NCBI RefSeq assembly: GCF_009914755.1
Contig: NC_060934.1
DNA length: 64,000 nt
Source of the DNA: the human T2T-CHM13v2.0 reference genome, Homo sapiens
Reading direction: 5' to 3' (one strand)
Shown: piece by piece, positions 57,153 to 64,000 of the stretch
Numbering within the stretch: position 1 is the stretch's first letter
Layout of the letters: every line of letters starts with the position of its first letter
The notes under the pieces: model-generated
The model's input: the letters and a program-made list of their open reading frames with translations, nothing else
What the model was told of the DNA's origin: nothing
The model's database searches: none
Position numbers and translations under genes: made by a program

Positions 57153-57617
57153 CAGCTGGTGAGTGGCAGAGACAGGATTCAACCCCAGGCAATTCGGCTG
57201 CAGAGCGTACCGTTGACATCCCTCCCTCATGCATAGCACAGCCCACTCAGCAGAGATATGCTGAGGATCAAGAGAGAAGGTTGTGGAAGCACTGGTGACT
57301 CGCAGAGGGCCTGGGATCACCCCAGGACAAAGGAGGCCCACCTGGCACCTTGTCTCACCTTAATCCCTAGAGAATAAAGGGGAGAGTGTCCAGGTCTCAG
57401 GCATATTGCCACTGCCACGGTGCACACCTCATAGTTCTTCAGAGAAATGAAGTGACATGCCTTCCCCACTTATGTCCTGCAGCCTCTCCTGCCTCCGGAG
57501 GCTCCATGACCCATGGACACCTCTCCTCACACTCTCCTACTCACACACATATACACACATGGCCCCCAGAATGGCCAAGTTGGCCTGCTGTCTTTGTGGA
57601 TTAAAAACATTTGTGCA

Positions 57618-57902
57618 TACTCAGGAGGCTGAGGTGGGAGGATCACTTGAGTACAGGTGTTCAACACCAGCCTGGGCAACATAGCCAGACCCCTGTCTCC
57701 ACAAACATTTTTAAAAAATTAGCCAGGTGCAGTGATGTGTGCCTGTAGTTTCAGCTACTCTAGAGGCTGAGGTGGGAGGATTTACTTGAGCCCAGTTTGA
57801 AGTTGCAGGGAGTATGATCGCACCACTGCACTCCAGCCTGGGTGACAGAGCAAGACCCTATCTCTAAAACAAAAACAAAAACAAAAAACAATAAGAACAA
57901 CA
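57618..57902 (+). mobile_element. AluJ, 5' truncated
   Basis: TSD aaaaacat(t/c)tgtgca. Confidence 0.9.
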
Positions 57903-58156
57903 AAAAACATCTGTGCAACATAAGGGAGTAGAGGCTTTGTCCTAATGTCATGACCAACATTTGGTGAAAGATAGAACAGGCATGAGGTCAGCCAAGGAGG
58001 CAGCGGTGGGGGTTTGATGGACCAGGGGGCCCTTGGCCAGTTCTATCTTCCTAGATTTTTTGTGACTCTGCAAACCCAGTTAACTGCTGAAGTGTAATAT
58101 CCCAAGCTTTTGGCTTCATACCTATGGGCGTTGTCTACCAGGGATATGGTATAGCA

Positions 58157-58351
58157 CAGGTGTGTCCAATCTTTTGGCTTCTCTGGGCCACAGTGGAAGG
58201 AAAAGCATTGTCTTGGGCCACACATAAAATACACTAACACTAGCAATAGCTGGTGAGCTAAAAAAAAAATCTCGTAATGTTTTAAGAAATTTTATGCATT
58301 TGTGTTGGGCAGCATTCAAAGCCACCCTGGGCCACGGGTTGGACAAACTTG
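58157..58351 (+). mobile_element. MER30 (hAT-Charlie)
   Basis: caggtgtgtccaatcttttggcttc...ggttggacaaacttg; perfect 8-bp TSD gtatagca at 58149-58156 and 58352-58359. Confidence 0.92.
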
Positions 58352-59895
58352 GTATAGCATAAGTTTAAGAGCATGCGCTTAAAATCAGATAATGTACATG
58401 AAATGTTTAGCACCACGACAGGCTCCTGCTGTAAAACACACATGCTACAAATATTCTAAGGGGGTTGTTAGTCATATACACTTTAGTAAGAATCAGTAAA
58501 ACTCTTCCCAAATTGACAGATAGGTGACATTAAGTTCTTAAGCTACCCTAATCAGAAAATGGAAATTTAGTAATAGAAAGACACACAGAGTCCAAAGACA
58601 AAAATGCAGCCAGGCCTCAGGAGGTGAGTAGAACCAAGTTCAAGAAAGTCCTCAGGGGCAGCCAGCCCCTCTACACTGGACGTTTTCTTACTTCTCTTTC
58701 TCCAGATCTACTTTTTCTGTTTCATTGTGCATATGGTGAGTAAAAGGTGTCCAAACATTTCCAGCCAGTGGGCATTATCATGTGTTACTGGGGATGAGAG
58801 AGAGAGGGAGAAGGAAGATCAATTCCCAGGAAAGGAGATGTCTCAACAAATTGAGAGCCATTCATGCTAGAAGTGAGAGCATAGAGGCCATGGGCATGAG
58901 GGAAGGCAGTGTGGCTTGCAAACAGAATGCTGTGCAATACTTGGAGTTCGTATCCCTGTGCCCCACTTCACTTATAGCTTTGGTTCCTTGGGCAGATTGG
59001 TCAGCCTCTGCTTTCCCAGATGCAATCCTCCAGAAAGATTAAGATGTGAGAGTACTGAATGAGATAGCATTCATGCAACGTGTGCCTCACACTACGCCTG
59101 CCCTCAACAGATGCCCAGGACATTTTGATGAAAGAGTGATGAAGGAAAAGGTCACTTTTTTTGCTTAAGGCTTACCCTGATCACTAGGCTTAATCTCTAG
59201 GTTTGGCAATCTGGAAATAAAATCTATAGTTGAAGTCAAATTATGTGGGAGGCTAAACACTAGAATTATTAAGTAAGAGAATTGTTCTACAATAGTATAG
59301 TATTTTTACAATTGCCCTTTTAAGAAACAGCATACCATTACCATTATTTTTTCCAAGTCAGAAATCTTGTTTATTTCATTTACTAATTTGTCTTCCCCAC
59401 CAGAATGCGAATCTCAGGAGATCAGGACCCTCTGTCCTGTCCATCTGTCTCCCAGGGGATATGCTAGAGCCTGGCACTCAGAAACTACTTGATACATTTT
59501 CATTTTAGAGTGTGTGCCCAGGGTTGACTCATAGTGACAGTGGAACACCAAGTGGTGATGTGATAGTGACCTGGTTGACAAAATAGGGACCAGGTAGAGC
59601 TGGACACAGAAACATCACAAATCACTACAGTTTTAGGACATTTATATGTTTTAACAGAAAATACCTGCATTAGAGTTTTGAAATTATAATTTATATGCAC
59701 ACATATATATATAAACACACCAGCAGGTCATTTGTTCAGCATTATGCTTGAAACTTCAGAAATATTATTAATCTAGAATGGGTCAGGCCAAAAATATTCC
59801 AGATAAACTACTGTCCATCCTATACTATTATTTTCTCTTAATCTGATTATTCTCTATTCCACATATTTAAAACCAGATTCATCATGATTACCCTC

Positions 59896-60385
59896 TGTAT
59901 CAATCAGCTCGTGCAGTGTAACAAACCATCTCAAACTCAGTGGCTTAAAGTAACAACCATTTATAACTACTCTCGTGAGCTGGCTGATCTAAGCTCAGTT
60001 CTGCTTCAAGCTGAGTGTCCAACTGGCCTTGGCTCCTCACCAAGGATTGGGCTTAGTTCTGTTTAGTCTGAGGCCCGTCCTAAAATGACAGCAGCTACCC
60101 CAGGGAAATTCTCTTCATCACTATGGCACAGAAGGGCAAGGTCCATCATACAAGTACATGTCAAGCCTCTACTTGCAACATGCCTGCCACCATCTCATTG
60201 ACCTAAGCAGATCAGGTGGCCAAGCCTGAAGTCAGGATTGGTCAGGTACAATTGCCCATTATTAGACCAAAGCAAGTCCAGGGCCAAGCTTCATATCAAT
60301 GGAGTGGGAGGTGCAATCCTCCCACGGGGCGGGGAGAGGGGGGATGTGTGTGTGGCTGTTTTGAATAGCTATTTAACCTGTCACA
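59896..60385 (-). mobile_element. MLT1H-like solo LTR
   Basis: gtaacaaaccatctcaaactcagtggcttaaa...gaccaaagcaagtc...ggccaagc. Confidence 0.75.
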
Positions 60386-60609
60386 TATTCAAACCAAGTT
60401 TTCCTCTTATGTTCCCCAAACTATTGTGTTTTCTTAGTTCTAAGATATATGTGCTTTTATATTTACCATTTCTAAAAATGGGATATGAACTACACCTAAT
60501 ATATGCATTTATTGTAGTGATTTCTTTTTTTTCTTTTACCTGAAAAGCTGTAATTGAATTGATGGTGCATCTTGAGATTGATATTGTTTTTAGAAGTGTA
60601 GACATTATG

Positions 60610-61790
<1,181 letters not shown>

Positions 61791-61849
61791 ATTGGCAATT
61801 TACGACCCTCCTCCTGAATGTTCTTATCTCAAGCACCTTCAACTCCTCC

Positions 61850-62555
61850 CTCTCCCTGACTCCCATGGCTAATTAGTCACTAGTCCTGTGACTCTGCCTT
61901 CTCAGTGACCCTCCGATCCAGTTTCCTCTTCCATTCTCAGGGCCATTTCCCTGGCTCATATCCTCATGCACTCTGCTCTGAACTGTAGCCATAAACTCCT
62001 GCCTGGTCTCCCAGTCACCAGACTCTCCCTGCTCCCATCCAGCCTCACTCCATGGCAGATTTATCTTCATGAACTACAGCTTTGATCCTGCAGTCCCCTT
62101 ACTTCCACATCTTCTCTGGCTCCCCATTGCCACAAGAATATCCCAGCTCCCTAGCCTGGTATTAGGATTCTCATGACTTGGAGACAACTTCCATTCTCAC
62201 TGTCCCATCTCTCACACAGACTGTGCTCCAAGTATAGGAGAGGGCCAACCCCATTGTGCATTTGCAAGTCTCTGTGTCTCCAAACATGCTGCCCCCTCTG
62301 CCTGCTGCCTGGAATACACTCTCCTCTCTCTCCCATCTGTGCTTATTGAAAGCTCCATCTTAGAGACCTACACCATATCTCTGTGATAGCACTTATCCTG
62401 TTCTGACTTGACTTTTTAGCTTTCTGTAGCCTCTGTCTGGATCCTGCCCTAGATAGTAAAGTCCCAGAGAGCAGAGACTATATCTCAATTGAATTCTTGC
62501 CCCCTTACAGGGTTTTAACACATGGTGGGTGCCTGTACATGTTTTCCAAATTAGA
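61850..62555 (+). mobile_element. L2 fragment(s)
   Basis: ctcctgcctggtctccc...tggctccccattgcc...ctgcctggaatac...acacatggtgggtgcct. Confidence 0.75.
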
Positions 62556-63111
62556 TTCTATTTTTAGCACTCTAGTCACCCCATATTCCAGACAAACAAC
62601 GCACACCCCTGGTGGGATCAACATGCAAACCACGCAGATCACAGCATCCTGTGCATTTAAAGATAATCAGTTTATCTGATTGGTCATTACAATCCTTTCA
62701 CAGTTTTAGAAAACATTTATGTCTTTCAGGGACAGATCTGCAGGGCTAGAGTTGCTCTTGGGCCTCCCATTTACGGAGAAAATTGGGGCAAACTCTTGTG
62801 TTGAAGTGACATCGTCCGTGCTGCCATTCCTGAGAAGACCAGCCTTATCGAAGGTCAGTTATGAACTGTGAGTATGAGAATGCTGTCCTCTTTCAATTCT
62901 GTCCAATCTACAGGAGTTTCTACAGGAAATGAGAAAAGCACACTACAGAATCATAGCACTTTCAGGCTGGATCTATCTACTGCAGCATTTCACTTTATGG
63001 ATGAGGAAACAAGGAAAATTGAGCTCTTCAGAGGCAAAGGAGTCAGCCAAGCCACACAGGTGGCCAGTGATGAGCAGGACTGACCCATATTCAGCCTTCA
63101 AGCACTTCCCC

Positions 63112-63485
63112 TGTGTTAGGGACTGAATATCTGTGTCCCCTCTCCCAAAATTCATATGTTGAAATGTAATCTCCAATATGATGGTATGAGGAGGTGGGGC
63201 CTTTGGGAGGTGACTTGGTCATGAAAGTGGAGCCCTCAGGAATGAGATCTGTGTCCCTCTAAGAAGAGATACTGAGTGATTATATCTCTCTCTTCACCAT
63301 ATCAAGTTGCAACAAGAAGGTGGCCATCTGCAAACCAGGAAGACAGCCCTCACCAAGAACCCAACCATGCAGGCACCCTGATCTCAGACTTCCAGCTTCC
63401 AGAACTGGGAGAAATCAATGTTTGCTGTTTAAGTCACTCAGTCTCTGGTATTTTTGTTATAGCAGCCTACACTGGCTGAGACACA
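63112..63485 (+). mobile_element. MLT1A solo LTR
   Basis: gactgaatatctgtgtcccc...aaattcatatgttgaaa...ttgttatagcagcctacactggctgagaca. Confidence 0.9.
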
Positions 63486-63529
63486 CTGTCGCTGCCCTCC
63501 TGCCCTCTGTCCAGCCTTAACGTTTTGAC

Positions 63530-63750
63530 AGTTGCCATTTACTGAGCATTTATTAGGCGACAGATTCCATGCTGGGCATTCTGCACACACGACCTCATTT
63601 CAGCCTCACAACTCCCCCGACAAGTGGCCTGTCATTTAGACAAGGGGCCTGAGACTTAACAGAAGTGAACAGCTTGCTAAAATTCATATAACCTGTAAGT
63701 GGCAGAGTTGGAATCTAAAGCAAGCTCTGTCTGATTCTAAAGCATTTATT
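63530..63750 (-). mobile_element. MIR
   Basis: catttactgagcatttatta...ctcatttcagcctcacaac...gtaagtggcagagttggaat. Confidence 0.8.
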
Positions 63751-64000
63751 CAGTAACTGCTTCCCACTTTCCAACCCAATTCCTATTCCCTGGCAAGTCC
63801 ATTAGAACCCACACCAGGAGGAAAGAATTTTCTTTCATGACATCTCGGAAAAACTGAACCCTGTATGAAGATCTCAGCACAATCTGGCAGCCTCTCCGCA
63901 GCTAAGGGCCTGGTACCAATTTCTAATCAATGGATTTGAGCCAAGTTGTCAGGGAGGGTAAAGGCTTGGCAAACTGGATGAAGGAGATGATAGCAAGTTG

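Noticed and set aside
60130-60190. p53-like CWWG half-sites in MLT1H
   Set aside because: No two adjacent good RRRCWWGYYY decamers

Overview
Human (primate) non-coding genomic DNA. I find no credible protein-coding exon, RNA gene or CRISPR array. The listed ORFs come from Alu, microsatellite, L2 or LTR sequence, or are chance ORFs. Much of the window is interspersed repeat: about 25 Alus or Alu monomers, including a young AluYg6-type copy that points to human origin; MIR, L2, L3/CR1 and old L1 fragments; about 15 MaLR/ERVL solo LTRs; and hAT/Tigger DNA-transposon relics (MER3 x2, MER5, MER30, MER53, MER81, ORSL, MER44/Tigger7, a Tigger transposase remnant). Between the repeats sit about 12 repeat-free, AT-rich blocks dense in homeodomain/SOX/TCF/FOX motifs. 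They look like conserved enhancers of a gene desert or long intron near a developmental regulator (inference; locus not identified). The most unusual directly visible features are several templated-insertion or template-switch scars: a 257-bp copy of DNA from 1.96 kb away pasted into a MER3, an internal L1 piece inside the other MER3, and a perfected palindrome in a THE1 LTR. Also notable are the AluYg6 that re-used an older Alu's target site and a ~600-bp satellite grown from an L2 tail. I see no convincing novel coding system. Repeat family names are from recalled consensus sequences, and boundaries are approximate.
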